Both the position numbers and the translations under genes were made by a program. Shown piece by piece: positions 49,482 to 59,224 of a stretch of 64,000 nucleotides of DNA. Within the stretch, counting starts at the first letter, position 1. The number at the start of each line of letters is the position of its first letter. This DNA comes from an uncultured virus (IMG/VR IMGVR_UViG_3300004774_000001) (taxonomy: Duplodnaviria > Heunggongvirae > Uroviricota > Caudoviricetes): IMG/VR virus record IMGVR_UViG_3300004774_000001; one strand, given 5' to 3'. A model generated the notes under the pieces. The model saw only the letters and a list, made by a program, of their open reading frames with translations, was not told where the DNA came from and searched no databases.

Positions 49482-49820
49482 ATGGTTTGGCCACGCGGAA
49501 CCCGACGACACTCGACAGACGCAGCCCGCTTCGCACTCGCTATCGTCAGCGAGTTCGGTGCCCGCGAGATCGGTCGACGCTGCGGAGTATCTGACCGCAC
49601 GGTGCGCCGGTGGGCCAGCGGCGAGGATTGGCCAGACCAAGCCGCGCTGTTGCGGCTGGTGGAATCGCTCTATCCGCAGTCGGTCGGTTCGCTGCCGATC
49701 TACTCCGCGGATATGGCCATAGACGGTAACACGCGGACGGGTGGCGTGGGCGAGTTTTCTACCCGCGCGGCACGTGGGGATCAATCTTACCTGGAGGAGG
49801 TGTATCGTGTTGACACGTAG
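49482..49820 (+). CDS. HTH DNA-binding protein
   Basis: AREIGRRCGVSDRTVRRWASG helix-turn-helix. Confidence 0.7.
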   Translation: MVWPRGTRRHSTDAARFALAIVSEFGAREIGRRCGVSDRTVRRWASGEDWPDQAALLRLVESLYPQSVGSLPIYSADMAIDGNTRTGGVGEFSTRAARGDQSYLEEVYRVDT

Positions 49821-50457
49821 ACAGTTTTTTGGCGGCGGTCTCGTGACTGCCGCAGCAAGTGGAGCCGTGGCCGGCTTGGCCGCGGAGCACGCTGGCGAGA
49901 GCCGATTGACTCTGGCCGGATTGATTCAGATTTTCGGCCAAGAGCCGGTCTTGGCGACAATGGCAGACCTGCCTACGCCGGTCGATCTCCGTGAGGTGCG
50001 GAGGCGACTGAGCGGACCATTACGTCGCGAACGTCGGGCGACGAATCGGAGGCGGAATGCTGAGCGGCATCGCGACGTGATTCTGTGGTGCGGCATCGTC
50101 CGCATCGACGGCGTTATTGACAACCTACTGGCACTGCCCCAGGATCTCGACTACGACGGGCGCAATCAGCGCCACGGCGGTCGGGCGCGAGGCACGATCC
50201 GCAAGGCCAGGCTGCCGTGGCCGATGACCGTGACGGAATACGAGACGGATACGCAGCAAGTCCACGATGTGCCGGCTGACTCGCGGTTGGTGATGGACAC
50301 TCGCCGCACACTCGGCCCGGTGTGCACGTGCGAGATTGTCCACGTCGTCGGACGCGAGATCCGGCTACACCTGTGGTCGCGATCTGGCGAGCCGTATGCG
50401 GATACGGCCAACCGACTAGAACGAGTGGCTACGGTTGGCGGACTGTTACGACACTAG
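49807..50457 (+). CDS. Protein with twin-arginine (Tat)-like signal
   Basis: GGAGGAGG RBS; LTRRQFFGGGLVTAAASGAVAGLAA. Confidence 0.6.
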   Translation: MLTRRQFFGGGLVTAAASGAVAGLAAEHAGESRLTLAGLIQIFGQEPVLATMADLPTPVDLREVRRRLSGPLRRERRATNRRRNAERHRDVILWCGIVRIDGVIDNLLALPQDLDYDGRNQRHGGRARGTIRKARLPWPMTVTEYETDTQQVHDVPADSRLVMDTRRTLGPVCTCEIVHVVGREIRLHLWSRSGEPYADTANRLERVATVGGLLRH

Positions 50458-50488
50458 GGCCACGCGGCCCGCAAAGGAGGGTGAGAAA

Positions 50489-50707
50489 ATGAGGACGAAA
50501 AACTGGAATCTGGTGTCCGACGAGCCTATCATGAGTGAGGCAGAGAGAGCCGTGACTGACGGAGAGCGGGTCGGGTGGCGGTCGATCCGGTGGACTCAAT
50601 ACGGCCCGGCGTTCTATGGTCCGGTGTATTCCGAGCCGCGGTCGGTGCGCGTCGAGCGTAGCGCCACGGAATCGGATTACTCTGCCGCGCAACTGGCTAC
50701 GGTCTGA
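50489..50707 (+). CDS. Cassette hypothetical protein
   Basis: RBS AAGGAGG in the repeat. Confidence 0.6.
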   Translation: MRTKNWNLVSDEPIMSEAERAVTDGERVGWRSIRWTQYGPAFYGPVYSEPRSVRVERSATESDYSAAQLATV

Positions 50708-50800
50708 TCTCCCCAGACCCCGGCCCGTGTGAGGGGCCGGTGATGTGGGGAGACGATCAGACCAGGGCCGGACAACCGGCCCGCAACGGGGAGACGGAAG

Positions 50801-51037
50801 ATGGGGACGACAGAAGCCAGAAACGTAAACCTCAGCCAATACCACGCCGGCCAGATCGTGACGCCTTTCATCACCGAGCGGCCGATTGGCCGCGGGCGAC
50901 TGGAGATCGTGATCGGTTGGCACGATAGGAGCGACGATAGCGTGCGAAGCGAGACCATCCGCGGAAGCGTCCGGCAGTGCCAGCGGGCAATCACTGCGGC
51001 TGGAATCCATACTGACGACAACTACTCGCGACTGTAG
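50801..51037 (+). CDS. Cassette hypothetical protein
   Basis: RBS in the repeat. Confidence 0.6.
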   Translation: MGTTEARNVNLSQYHAGQIVTPFITERPIGRGRLEIVIGWHDRSDDSVRSETIRGSVRQCQRAITAAGIHTDDNYSRL

Positions 51038-51076
51038 GACTAGGGCCACGCGGCCCGCAACGGGGAGGATGGGAAG

Positions 51077-51265
51077 ATGAAGACCTACGAATTTTGGACT
51101 GACGGCGGAGATCGCGACGATATCGAGGCCGAAACGCTGGCAGATGCCGCGGACATCGCGAGCCGAAAAATCACGGTCGCGCAGTGGAATGACGGCGCGT
51201 GGGGAAGTGTCAGAGACGCAGACACGGACGAACAGATGGACGTACCGAGCCGGGCGACGGCGTAG
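51077..51265 (+). CDS. Cassette acidic hypothetical protein
   Basis: RBS in the repeat. Confidence 0.6.
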   Translation: MKTYEFWTDGGDRDDIEAETLADAADIASRKITVAQWNDGAWGSVRDADTDEQMDVPSRATA

Positions 51266-51316
51266 CCAACCACGCAACACTCAGGGCCACGCGGCCCGTG
51301 ACGAGGAGACCGAAAG

Positions 51317-51943
51317 ATGAAGACTGGAACAATCGTAACTGTGAATTTTCTGAATAAGAACTATGCCTACTGGAAGGCCATTCTTCGTCATGGTTACTTA
51401 GACCAACTTCCCCGCGACAGGGGCGAAAGACGGAAATTCATTGTACTCAAGGATCTGCCGGAACTAGATGCCTACCTTACCATGAAGGTCACCCACTTCA
51501 CCACTACGGTTGGCGACCTGATTAGTGATGCGTTCAGCGAGGCTGAGAACCTAGCCGATGAGATGCAGAGTTGGTATGATAGCCTCCCGGAAGGATTCCA
51601 GGCCAGTGACAAAGGAGAACGAATTCAGGAAGCTTCCGACACCCTGTCCAACATCCAGACCGTGGACGTACCTGACATCGTTGCGAAACTGAGTATCGTC
51701 TTCTATCCGGGCCGGGATCTGGACAGTCGACGAAGCCGGGCGGCAGAAGCGGCCGGAATGATGCGGACTGCCGCCGAAGAGATCAGGTCGTTTGTCGATG
51801 AGAATTCCGGTGAAGATGGTAACGAGGAGAAGAATGAAGAGGCGGACGGGATCGACGTGGATGAACTCCAGTCGCTCGCCGACGAGCTGGAATCGGCGGC
51901 CGACGAATCAGAAGGGGTCGAATTCCCTGGGATGTATGACTGA
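51317..51943 (+). CDS. Acidic helical hypothetical protein
   Basis: GAGGAG RBS; YDSLPEGFQASDKGE motif. Confidence 0.65.
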   Translation: MKTGTIVTVNFLNKNYAYWKAILRHGYLDQLPRDRGERRKFIVLKDLPELDAYLTMKVTHFTTTVGDLISDAFSEAENLADEMQSWYDSLPEGFQASDKGERIQEASDTLSNIQTVDVPDIVAKLSIVFYPGRDLDSRRSRAAEAAGMMRTAAEEIRSFVDENSGEDGNEEKNEEADGIDVDELQSLADELESAADESEGVEFPGMYD

Positions 51944-52229
51944 GGAGATGCAGATGATTTGTGCTTCCGCCGACGCAGAGGATAGACGATATCATAAGCA
52001 CGTCGGCAAGAGTGGGAAGATTTGGCTGGTCGCCGATCAAGAGGACTGTGCCGGTAACGTCTATGTTGAGGGTGGTCCGAATTCGGAGAAATTGTAAAGA
52101 TTTCTAGGTTGAAGTCACTGCTAGTCACGACTATACCACATCGAGGGATGGGAACTATAGTTGCTCGGACTACTAAACGAAAGAGAGGTGTGGGACGAAG
52201 CGCTAGTGACCACGAAAACAGTTACGCCG

Positions 52230-52287
52230 GGTGGTGTTGAGGTCGCTTCCGTTATCCCTAGCGGCGGTTGACCTCCACCACCTTTTT
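52230..52287 (+). terminator. Terminator-like hairpin
   Basis: GGTGGTG..GAGGTC...GACCTC.CACCACC followed by TTTTT. Confidence 0.55.
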
Positions 52288-52499
52288 AATATTTTCTGTA
52301 TAGGAACTGCCCTACGGTTAGGTTATACTGTAGGGACCGGCTAGGCTACACAGTCGGGATCGAGAGCAGCGCCAGAATGTCAACCAAATCATCTACAATC
52401 TGATACGAACGCGGTCGTTTCTGGTTCCGCGTGCTCTCGAGGCCCCGTACCCTGTGTAGCAACTAGGTACGGGGCTTTCTTATTTCCGAGAGTTCTCTA

Positions 52500-53157
52500 A
52501 TGACTACAGACCTGGAATATAACAGGAAGAACGGGTCAACCTACTCCGCAAGAGACTTCCATCTGAACTCGCTGGGGTTCAAAAGTTATCGGGACTACTT
52601 GGATAGTGGCCTATGGAAATCTATCAAGGTGAAAGTAGAGAAGGCAAAGGGCACTCTTTGCGTGCTATGCAGAGGTGAGGCAGAATGCTTCCATCACACG
52701 ATATTGCAAAGAGGATCTTGACGGAAGCACGATCGAGTATATTCACCCACTATGTAAGTCATGCCACGAGGCCGTTGAATTCGACAGTGACGGCGATAAG
52801 GTGAGTATGAAGCAGGCCATCTTTCGTTTCGCAGAGATAAAAAGTCTCTTCTCATCAAAACGACCATGTCCCAGAGTGTCGCGTCAATCTCCGTCGAAAA
52901 AGAAGAAGGTACACAAGCCTGTTCGGATAGATACTAACAGGGGTAGGATCTGTAAGATGTGTCAGAAAAACACGCCGAGGAAAGGAAGTTCTCTTTGCCG
53001 GCGGTGTGAAAAGAAACACCCAAACCTGTTGCCAGGATACAAACTCTGTTCTTCGTGTCATATAAATCAAGCAAGAAAAGGAAGAAATGTTTGCAAGGCG
53101 TGTGAGTTAAGATTTCCAAGCTGGAGTATAGAGGGATATGATGGACGGTCAGTATAG
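52500..53157 (+). pseudogene. HNH endonuclease split by a frameshift near 52698
   Basis: YRDYL...CVLC...HH in one frame continues as RY...LCKSCH in the +1 frame. Confidence 0.65.
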
Positions 53158-53572
53158 CATCATGCAATCGTTGATGAATCCTGGTGCGTGGTTCCGGTTC
53201 CCGAAAGGATTCCTCAAGATCATGTCGAGGGATGAAGCACTTGTGTTGTCATTCCTTGCGAATCATGCTTTTGTTGTCAAGTGCCATGAACGTAAGGGGT
53301 GGTTCTTCTGCCGGATGGTGCAGATGATGGCGGAGTTGAATATCAGTTCGGATGTTCAGACTCGTCTTATGGGCAATCTAGAAAGAAGGGGCTTTATCCT
53401 AACACGGAAGAAAGGGATGCCAGCCAAGCGTTGGATTTACATCGATTGGCTAGAAGTGGAAAAGAAACTAAGGGTATCTATGGCACTCGAGCCGTCATAC
53501 GGTCCGGATGAGAATGACAACTGGGAAGTAGAGCAGACTGACGAGTTTCCTCTAGATTTACAGACTCCGTGA
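53138..53572 (+). CDS. Replication initiator-like wHTH protein
   Basis: GWFF...ELNIS...L..RGFI...KKGMPAKRW pattern; followed by iteron-like repeats. Confidence 0.6.
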   Translation: MMDGQYSIMQSLMNPGAWFRFPKGFLKIMSRDEALVLSFLANHAFVVKCHERKGWFFCRMVQMMAELNISSDVQTRLMGNLERRGFILTRKKGMPAKRWIYIDWLEVEKKLRVSMALEPSYGPDENDNWEVEQTDEFPLDLQTP

Positions 53573-53710
53573 TCTTACAGAGTCTGTAAGACCTCGGACC
53601 TAGTGTCCGTAAGAGTACGGACTCTGGTATCTGTAAGAGTACGGAGTCATAAAAGAAGTATTAAATAGAAGAAGGAAGACAAATAGTTTGAGTTCTGACG
53701 AACTCAAACG
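53555..53710. repeat. Iteron-like repeats, A-rich tract and palindrome (putative ori)
   Basis: TTACAGACTC/GAGTCTGTAA, GTAAGAGTACGGA twice, and GTTTGAGTT...AACTCAAAC. Confidence 0.5.
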
Positions 53711-53737
53711 TCACAGTTTTTGGAGTTTGTTCTGAAT

Positions 53738-54466
53738 ATGCCATTCATCCAACCACAACAGAAGATCTTAACTGGATCATCACCATTCGATGGCAATGCC
53801 GCCAAGTTCCTAGCCAAAAGTCTACTGGAACAGCGACTCATCAAAGGTATGCCAAGCATAGCTAACTGGTCAGAAGAATTTCGACTGCTCCGCCATCATT
53901 CAACAGAATCGGAAATTAAGCAAACACTTATTTGGTTCTGTAAGCACGTCAAAGATAAATACACACCAAAGGTCTATTCTGCCTCTGGCTTCCGCTCGAA
54001 GTTCGTCCAGATCAAAAACGCGATGGCACGGGGCAGCGAAGATTGGAATATCTTGCCCGACATCGAGATCACCGATCAAGCCAGGCGGATCTCAGTATAC
54101 CTCGGTGGCTTGGTGTGGCCCGGCGACATCGAGGTGGAGGATGAGCTGAAAGCGATTCAGGTCTCAATCAACAACTACAACGAGTTCCTCACCAAGCTGA
54201 GGGCCGTTTCAGATAGGCATCCTCAGCATGCCCGTGTGTTTGCTTATATGCTGGTGATCGGTAGGGATGTCTCGACATTCGTCGAGGGGTGGTTTCGTCA
54301 GATTCACTCGATGGCCTGGGGCATGGAAAACTGGGGCAAGAATCTGGCTCGAGCTACGATAAGTATGCAGTCACCGCGGTTTCAACGAATCATCGATGGC
54401 TGGATTAGGGACTACCGCGGTGGGAACGAGAATCACTGGGAATGGCTCGAAAGGATACTGAAATGA
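53738..54466 (+). CDS. Hypothetical replication-region protein
   Basis: W..EFRLL...S...FRSKF pattern resembles initiator C-terminal domains. Confidence 0.5.
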   Translation: MPFIQPQQKILTGSSPFDGNAAKFLAKSLLEQRLIKGMPSIANWSEEFRLLRHHSTESEIKQTLIWFCKHVKDKYTPKVYSASGFRSKFVQIKNAMARGSEDWNILPDIEITDQARRISVYLGGLVWPGDIEVEDELKAIQVSINNYNEFLTKLRAVSDRHPQHARVFAYMLVIGRDVSTFVEGWFRQIHSMAWGMENWGKNLARATISMQSPRFQRIIDGWIRDYRGGNENHWEWLERILK

Positions 54467-54678
54467 GGCGAGTATCCGTAGCGCAGTTACGTGAGATTAC
54501 TCAACTGGCTTTGGCCAAAGCTCATGCCACTGAGTCGTATTATCGAACGAACCACGATCCGAATCCTCAAGTCCAAGAGATGCGTAGTATCAACAAGGGC
54601 TGTGTTGGTGCTTTGGAGGCTACGCTATTAGCTCTCAACGGCGATCTGGTTTTACTCAAGATTATGGCAGGAGTCTGA

Positions 54679-55566
54679 ATGATTACACAACCGATGCTCG
54701 CAGGGATATGCACAGATGTCAACAAGATCAAGTTTCCAGTTCTGGCAACGCCGAAGCTGGATGGGATTCGGTGTCTTGTGGTTGAGAAGGATGGTCGGGT
54801 TCAGGCTGTCAGCCGCAACTTCAAGCCGATTCCGAATCATAGCGTTCGCCGGTGGGTAGAGGCCAACTGCCCGGTCGGGTTCGACGGTGAGTTGATGGTC
54901 CCTGGCAGTTTTCAGGCCGTGGCGAGTGCCATTATGTCAAGGGAAGGGACGGCGGAGTTCGTCTATCGGGTGTTTGATTTCGTATCTGAGACTTCCGAGC
55001 CATACCACAAGCGAATTGACCAGCTGATGAGTCGTCCGGCTGGGTCTCACGTCGAGCTAGTGCTGCCGAGGATGATATCCGATCTAGATGCTCTGCAGAC
55101 GTATGAGACTGAGTGCCTCTCCGAAGGATATGAGGGCGTGATGGTGAGGACTCCGAGTTCACCGTACAAATGTGGACGGAGTACCGAGCGGGAGGGCTAC
55201 CTGCTCAAGATCAAACGGTTTGTCGATGGTGATGCGGTCGTGTTCGGCGTCGTTGAGAAGATGCACAATGCCAACGAAGCGACTAAGGACGAATTCGGCC
55301 ACACCGAGCATAGCTCGCATAAGGCTGGGATGGTTCCGATGGGGACGTTGGGATCGCTGATCGTTCGGGATCGCAAGACCGGGGTGGAGTTCAACATCGG
55401 ATCAGGATTCGATGATGGGACCAGAGCAGAGCTGTGGGCCGTTCGCAGTCAGCTGAACGGTCTGATTGTCAAGTACAAGAGTCAGCCAACGGGAGTGAAG
55501 AATGCCCCGCGGTTTCCGGTGTTTCTTGGGTTTCGATCGACGCTGCCGGAAGGGATGGGGACATGA
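54679..55566 (+). CDS. ATP-dependent DNA ligase
   Basis: KLDGIR, FDGEL, VFD, EGVMVR, LLKIK, GSGF and PRFP motifs. Confidence 0.92.
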   Translation: MITQPMLAGICTDVNKIKFPVLATPKLDGIRCLVVEKDGRVQAVSRNFKPIPNHSVRRWVEANCPVGFDGELMVPGSFQAVASAIMSREGTAEFVYRVFDFVSETSEPYHKRIDQLMSRPAGSHVELVLPRMISDLDALQTYETECLSEGYEGVMVRTPSSPYKCGRSTEREGYLLKIKRFVDGDAVVFGVVEKMHNANEATKDEFGHTEHSSHKAGMVPMGTLGSLIVRDRKTGVEFNIGSGFDDGTRAELWAVRSQLNGLIVKYKSQPTGVKNAPRFPVFLGFRSTLPEGMGT

Positions 55567-55841
55567 GGATTGAAAAGCTAATCAACTTCCTTCACGACTG
55601 GATGGCCTTGTTCTGCTTCGCTGTCGCTTTGGTTTGTTTAATTCTGAGTAAGGTGCTGAAATGACAACTGAGGAACGAGCAAGGCGTTTAGTTGGTGATA
55701 TGCCGTGGGTTACGGAGCATCTATCTGAAGCTCAGATTGTAGACTTAGGTCATCAAATCAAGGCATGTCTTGACGTGGCAGTCAGGGACACCTTGCAGGT
55801 GGCCAGTGATCCAGATGAATGGGAGAAAGTAGGGAACCAAG

Positions 55842-56213
55842 ATGACACTAGCGCAGCAGCTTATCGAGTGGGCGGGGGATGAACTGACGTCGATGGGTCT
55901 CGAGGGTGAGGAACGGGACCTGGCGTGGAAAGTGCTGTCGAAGCAGTTCCTCAAGCAGATGCGTCAGAAAGTCAAGGCGAAGGAAGAAAAGCCAGTCGAT
56001 CCAACTGAGATGGACTGGCACGACGCCCAGCACTTCGAACGACGGACTTTCCCACCGCAGTTCAAGGCCCATGCTGGGGAGAAGGTCTACGATGTTCCGC
56101 TAGAATACCTGACGTACTTGACGGATGATTCCTCATTCATTCGCGACTTGAAGAGGTATGTGAAGTCTGCCAGGTTTCGACAGAGGATGAAGACAGAAGG
56201 CGGTGACGAGTGA
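55842..56213 (+). CDS. Hypothetical protein (DUF3820-like C-terminal motif)
   Basis: F..HAGEKVYDVPLEYLTYL. Confidence 0.5.
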   Translation: MTLAQQLIEWAGDELTSMGLEGEERDLAWKVLSKQFLKQMRQKVKAKEEKPVDPTEMDWHDAQHFERRTFPPQFKAHAGEKVYDVPLEYLTYLTDDSSFIRDLKRYVKSARFRQRMKTEGGDE

Positions 56214-58903
56214 AGGTTAAGGATCATTCGGGTGGTGATGAACGAACCGTGCTCACGGGTATGATCGTCGACAATGTCGTCGCCGGCAAGATCGCTGCCA
56301 AGTGGAACCGCCAGGATGGTATGTTCAAGTCCAAGTGGTCGAATCTTGTCGGCATGTGGTGCTGTAAATACTTTCTGAAGTATCAGAAGGCCCCAGGAGC
56401 TTCGATTGAAGCAATCTTCCAATCCTGGGCGTCCAATGGCGAGAAGGACAAAGACACGGTTGCTTTGGTTGACCGATTCCTTTCTAGCCTGTCAGACGAG
56501 TATGAGGAGCTGGCGGCCAAGCAGAATCCAGAGTATGTGATCGACCTCGCCGGCCGTCATTTTCAGACTGTGGCCCTATCGCGGCTGGTCGAGGGAATCC
56601 AAGGGGATCTGGAGTTTGGTGAACATGAGAAAGCGCTGGCTAAGGTTTCATCATTCGGCAAGATCGAGTTGGGTGAGGGGGCTGGGATTGATGTGCTGGA
56701 GGATCAGGAGGCGATTCGCGCTGTATTTGAGGAGGAAACAGAATCGCTGATTGAGTGGCCTGGGGACTTGGCGAAATTCTTCGGCAATGCGTTTGAGCGC
56801 GATGCGTTCCTTGCGTTCCTCGGTGCTGAGAAATCTGGTAAGTGTATAGCCGGCGATATGGAGATTCTTCTTGAAGATGGAAGCCTCAGCACTATTGAGG
56901 ATATTGTGCTATCCGAAGATTCGAGAAGAATTCTGTCGTTGAATGAGGAGACCCAAAGAATTGAGTTCGTGGCAGTGAGTGATTTTTGGGATAATGGAAA
57001 AAAGCCATGTTGGGAGATGGAGACGAGGATTGGTCGGCGGGTGATCACCACAGGGAATCATAAGTACCTTACTCCAGACGGATGGAAGATCCTCTCAGAT
57101 CTCAAGGTCGGGGATTTTGTAGCCGTTCCAAAGAAACTGGATGTATTCGGTGGTTGTCGGATGGACGAAGACGAACTAAAGTTTCTGGCGTATATGCTTG
57201 CCGAGGGGTGCTGTGTTCAGTTGTATTGCAAGAAGAACGGGACTAGGAAGAAGAATGGGATATGCAGTACATTTACGAACACGGATGACGAATTGATAGA
57301 GGATTTCCTGGGGTGTTGTGATCGTTTAGGGTTTGGGCATAGGAAGGATGGGATCAGTTACCACTTACACGGGGCCACATCTTTAATGAGACGACTGGGT
57401 ATTGCTGGTCACTCTGCGAAGACAAAGATTATCCCGGCTGCGGTATTTTCGTGTCCGAAAGATCAAGTTGCGTTATTCCTTCGTATATTCATGTCGTGCG
57501 ATGGGTATGTGCTGAAGAGCGGAGAAGTGGGTGTTGGATTGGCTAACGAGCGAATGGTGCGTCAGATCGGTCACCTACTGACGCGGTTCGGGATAGTTCA
57601 TCGAATAAAGTCTGGTGATTCCTACAATGGGGAGGGAAAACGGTTCTGTCATTGGACGTTGTCTATTAGTGATGCAGAGAATGCTCAACTATTCACCAAC
57701 GAAATCAACATGATGTCTTACAAGAGGAGACCTGTGACGGCTGTTGGGCTGCATAAATCCTTTTTGGACAAGTTCCCTCATCAGGTGGCCGGTAGGTTTA
57801 TTTCTGAACTAGAGCATGAATTCTCCTCTTCTCCAGTTCCAGATTCTCTTGGTGTTGGTAGGGGTAAGCGCGTTAGAAAGAACCACGCACTTCGTGCATA
57901 TATGGGCACTGATCAGTTGGGATTCATTCGAGAGCAGATAGCTAAGAAATGCCCGATAATGAGGAAGTCCTTCGCCAAGGCGGCCGGCACTAGCACTTAC
58001 GATCTGTATATGAATTCTCATGTCCTCTGGGATGAGGTGACTTCAATAGAGCCCGTTGGGGATCGACGAACCTATGATTTGACTGTGCCGCCTCATCATA
58101 GCTTTGTTGCGAATGATTGTATAGTGCATAATACCTGGTGGTTGATGGAGGTCGCCTGGCGGGGAATGCTGCAGAAGAAGAAGGTCGCATTCTTCGAAGT
58201 CGGAGACATGAGCGAACGGCAAATTATGAAGAGGATGATGGTGCGGGCTACCAAGCACCCGTTCAGGCCACAGAAGGTTCAGAAGCCGACGAAGATCGAA
58301 AAGAACAAAGAGACCGGCGAAGTGACAGTCGAGCACGAGGAGATCGAATTCGACGACGCATTGTCATGGGGGAAGGCTGTAAAAGCCTGTGAGAAGATAA
58401 CACAGGGACGGACAGCACCGTATTTGAAGCTATCCTGTCATCCGAACTCTGCCATAGGGATGGAGGGGATTCGATCAATATTGCAAGGATGGGAGAGGGA
58501 TGGTTGGGGGACGCCGGATATTCTGGTGATTGATTACGCCGATAATCTGGAGCCACCTCGTGTCAGCGGGAACAATGATTTCCGTCATGGTACGAACCTG
58601 ATCTGGAAGCAGATGAGGCGGGCATCACAGGAACTTCACTGCCTGCTGGTGACAGCTACGCAGGCGAACTCTGGGGCGTATGAGCGAGCCACTTTAGGGA
58701 AAGGTTCGTTCTCAGAGGACAAACGCAAAAACGCCCACGTGACTGGGATGATTGGGATCAATGTTACGAAGGAAGAGCAAGAGAAGGGGATTCGGAGGTT
58801 GAACTGGATCGTTCGGCGAGAGGACGAGTTCAACGAATATAGATGCATAAACATAGCACACTGCTTGGCGTTGTCAAGGCCGTTTGTTCTGAGTTGCTTT
58901 TGA
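56210..58903 (+). CDS. DnaB-like replicative helicase with intein
   Basis: Walker A GAEKSGK|T split by an intein; ILVIDYAD, TATQAN and SEDK motifs. Confidence 0.85.
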   Translation: MKVKDHSGGDERTVLTGMIVDNVVAGKIAAKWNRQDGMFKSKWSNLVGMWCCKYFLKYQKAPGASIEAIFQSWASNGEKDKDTVALVDRFLSSLSDEYEELAAKQNPEYVIDLAGRHFQTVALSRLVEGIQGDLEFGEHEKALAKVSSFGKIELGEGAGIDVLEDQEAIRAVFEEETESLIEWPGDLAKFFGNAFERDAFLAFLGAEKSGKCIAGDMEILLEDGSLSTIEDIVLSEDSRRILSLNEETQRIEFVAVSDFWDNGKKPCWEMETRIGRRVITTGNHKYLTPDGWKILSDLKVGDFVAVPKKLDVFGGCRMDEDELKFLAYMLAEGCCVQLYCKKNGTRKKNGICSTFTNTDDELIEDFLGCCDRLGFGHRKDGISYHLHGATSLMRRLGIAGHSAKTKIIPAAVFSCPKDQVALFLRIFMSCDGYVLKSGEVGVGLANERMVRQIGHLLTRFGIVHRIKSGDSYNGEGKRFCHWTLSISDAENAQLFTNEINMMSYKRRPVTAVGLHKSFLDKFPHQVAGRFISELEHEFSSSPVPDSLGVGRGKRVRKNHALRAYMGTDQLGFIREQIAKKCPIMRKSFAKAAGTSTYDLYMNSHVLWDEVTSIEPVGDRRTYDLTVPPHHSFVANDCIVHNTWWLMEVAWRGMLQKKKVAFFEVGDMSERQIMKRMMVRATKHPFRPQKVQKPTKIEKNKETGEVTVEHEEIEFDDALSWGKAVKACEKITQGRTAPYLKLSCHPNSAIGMEGIRSILQGWERDGWGTPDILVIDYADNLEPPRVSGNNDFRHGTNLIWKQMRRASQELHCLLVTATQANSGAYERATLGKGSFSEDKRKNAHVTGMIGINVTKEEQEKGIRRLNWIVRREDEFNEYRCINIAHCLALSRPFVLSCF
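56843..58132 (+). mobile_element. Intein (430 aa) with LAGLIDADG homing endonuclease
   Basis: Starts CIAGD and ends HSFVANDCIVHN followed by T; LAYMLAEG and FMSCDG motifs. Confidence 0.9.
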
Positions 58904-58916
58904 AAGGATACTAAAG

Positions 58917-59108
58917 ATGTTGGTATTGTCACGGAAGATGGGGCAGAAGATCGTCATCGGCGAGAATATCACGGTCACCGTGGTGAAGCTGAAAGGTAAC
59001 TCGGTGCGCTTGGGATTCGAGGCTCCAGAAGACGTCCAGGTGCTCCGACAGGAAGTTCGGAATGCAAAGCAGGACGATGGCAATTCCAGAAAATTACCTG
59101 AAATCTGA
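58917..59108 (+). CDS. csrA: Carbon storage regulator CsrA homolog
   Basis: MLVLSRKMGQKIVIG...VRLGFEAPEDVQVLRQEV. Confidence 0.92.
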   Translation: MLVLSRKMGQKIVIGENITVTVVKLKGNSVRLGFEAPEDVQVLRQEVRNAKQDDGNSRKLPEI

Positions 59109-59224
59109 GAAGATTTTCACCTGATTTCCCAGCACCAGTTACGATATGAGGTTGTAAGGAATGGTTGGGTCAACCGTTCAAGTGACTGTCAAAACCATAG
59201 TTTCTTTCCTAGAGGAGATCTGAG

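Larger units (their letters stand above)
49054..51316 (+). repeat. Array of 7 GGGCC-hairpin/RBS repeats separating mini-genes
   Basis: AGGGCC-N3-8-GGCCCGCAACGGGGAG-like units at 49069, 49244, 49442, 50454, 50762, 51040 and 51281. Confidence 0.8.

Noticed and set aside
49054..51316. Repeat array as CRISPR or integron attC sites
   Set aside because: Spacers are 170-1000 bp ORFs and the repeats are variable. There are no cas or integrase genes in the window and no clear RYYYAAC/GTTRRRY cores.
52690..52705. Programmed frameshift in the HNH gene
   Set aside because: No slippery sequence; inactivation or sequencing error is more likely.
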